DNA of 64,000 nucleotides from Candidatus Woesearchaeota archaeon (GTDB lineage Archaea; Nanobdellota; Nanobdellia; Pacearchaeales; GW2011-AR1): NCBI GenBank assembly GCA_964428325.1, contig CAYRXU010000002.1, positions 8,505 to 72,504 of the forward strand, read 5' to 3'. Shown piece by piece: positions 62,930 to 64,000 of this stretch (position 1 is its first letter; each line of letters starts with the position of its first letter). The notes under the pieces were generated by a model. It saw only the letters and a program-made list of their open reading frames with translations, ran no database searches and was not told where the DNA came from. The position numbers and the translations under genes were made by a program.

Positions 62930-64000
62930 GATGATGTCCTCTGTGATTTCTATGATTCTGATGATGCGCTTTATGGTGCAAATGATGATTGTACATATGC
63001 CTTGGAGGGTGATAGTGAGCAAGCTGATAATGCTTATAGATATATCGCACAACAAGTATGAAAATAATAATTGCAAACAGCGCAACGGCAAACCATGTCA
63101 GGGCCCTTCTATTCTCATCCGAAATAACCAGACCAGTTACTCCTGCAGAAGAAAGGAAGATAGGTCTCTCAACGCCCAAACTCTCGCGTCCATTATCCAC
63201 ATCTAATTGAAGATTGAACTCTCCAAAGGCATCCTTAGGAAGAACAATCTCAAGGACATCATTGCGCAAGCTGTTAGGGTCAAGCGAAGTCTCAAAGCGG
63301 CCATCAGCTACAACATCCCCATCAATATTAGTCAATGCGTAATTAATCACCAAGTCTTGGCTTCGTCCCACTAACTCCTCAAGAGAATACCGTACAAGCA
63401 GTAAGTCAGCACTACGCGTATAATTACTCATCCTGAAATCAAACTCAGTCGGAGTCACAACCACATTCAAAGTGAACTGAGAAGAATAGTCTGTGCACAC
63501 GACAGCCCCTTGCACACGGTATTGTCCAGGTACAACGCCGCTGGAAAGTGAAATATCCACGTCATAGACGTAACTCTGGCCTGAGCTGAAGGAACTCTCT
63601 CCAGAAGCATTGAGATACCGGGCAAACTCTCCACTAAATCGCAAATAACACTGGTTAAGGAATCTCTGGCCATTATTCACAACAGGCACTTCAAACTCCC
63701 CAGTCTGACCACGCTTGATATAGTAAGGATTAGGCACACTAGCATTAAGGCGTGCAAAGCCAGTAAGCCCTGGTGTATCTCCTCCGCCACCGCCACCAGC
63801 TCCTCCAGGGCCTCCGCTTGGTGAAGGATTACTGACAGCGAATATCGTACTCGAACCTTGGGTATTGCCGGCGCCGTCAGTTGCAGCCAAGATAAGCTGA
63901 TACTCGCCGTCTCCCAGATCATTCAAGACCGAAGAGGCACAGGCAGCCAAAATAGTTGCGTTAATCACCTGGGCACCTGATACAAGGCTTACATTGTAAG
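62919..64000 (-). CDS. large surface protein (N-terminus beyond window) with C-terminal TM and His-rich tail
   Basis: The frame stays open to the window edge. It has a Gly run (GGPGGAGGGGGGD), a TM (WFAVALFAIIIFILVV) and the tail HYHPPRHMYNHHLHHKAHHQNHRNHRGHHHAS. Confidence 0.65.
   Translation of the reverse strand, partial: YNVSLVSGAQVINATILAACASSVLNDLGDGEYQLILAATDGAGNTQGSSTIFAVSNPSPSGGPGGAGGGGGGDTPGLTGFARLNASVPNPYYIKRGQTGEFEVPVVNNGQRFLNQCYLRFSGEFARYLNASGESSFSSGQSYVYDVDISLSSGVVPGQYRVQGAVVCTDYSSQFTLNVVVTPTEFDFRMSNYTRSADLLLVRYSLEELVGRSQDLVINYALTNIDGDVVADGRFETSLDPNSLRNDVLEIVLPKDAFGEFNLQLDVDNGRESLGVERPIFLSSAGVTGLVISDENRRALTWFAVALFAIIIFILVVRYIYKHYQLAHYHPPRHMYNHHLHHKAHHQNHRNHRGHHHAS

Noticed and set aside
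62930-63091. N-terminal extension of the small membrane ORF 62645..63091
   Set aside because: The extension is an alternative frame of the His-rich tail of the upstream gene. ATG 62929 gives a clean two-TM protein.
1-64000. CRISPR arrays, rRNA genes, transposases, integrases, toxin-antitoxin pairs or known defence systems
   Set aside because: I saw no regularly spaced direct repeats and no sequences resembling these classes. The only mobile-element hints are the short tRNA-end duplications reported above.

Overview
The window is a compact, AT-rich, almost fully coding stretch of an archaeal chromosome. I count about 80 genes, with intergenic gaps mostly under 100 nt. The archaeal assignment rests on aRF1, MCM, TBP, TFE-alpha, aIF1A, aIF2-beta, S17e, Rpo11/L, EndA, GatDE, deoxyhypusine synthase, ATP-dependent DNA ligase, RadB and NreA. 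TATA-like boxes sit about 25-30 nt upstream of tRNAs and of several start codons. The small proteins, many surface proteins and missing biosynthesis suggest a DPANN-like small-genome archaeon, but that is inference only.

The region is rich in translation genes:
- five aaRS (Asp, Pro, Ala, Leu, Gly)
- both amidotransferases (GatCAB and GatDE)
- five tRNAs: Asn-GTT, Arg-TCG, Met/Ile2-CAT, Cys-GCA, Arg-TCT
- MnmA, Tgt, TrmH/SpoU and EndA

The gene content is mosaic. LeuRS, AlaRS, Tgt, MnmA, UppP, a KAS-III-like enzyme, a sigma-70/ECF-like protein, PadR, Fur and a Fic/Doc-like protein all look bacterial in type.

Observations most worth follow-up:
1. A complete Nudix box/domain is inserted inside the bacterial-type LeuRS.
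2. A Fic/Doc-like gene whose catalytic His reads Gln sits between gatD and gatE, and that GatE lacks the roughly 140-aa GatE-specific insertion domain.
3. A sigma-70 region2/region4 protein lies next to ftsZ in an archaeal genome.
4. A gatC-orf89-gatA operon encodes two small proteins with the same C-terminal EKxSW end.
5. A short AlaRS lacks the C-Ala domain and the beta-barrel editing subdomain.
6. A PadR cassette is bracketed by two tRNAs and by short duplications of their termini.

I saw no CRISPR array, rRNA, transposase or integrase. All family assignments come from motif recognition by eye. No HMM or BLAST search could be run.
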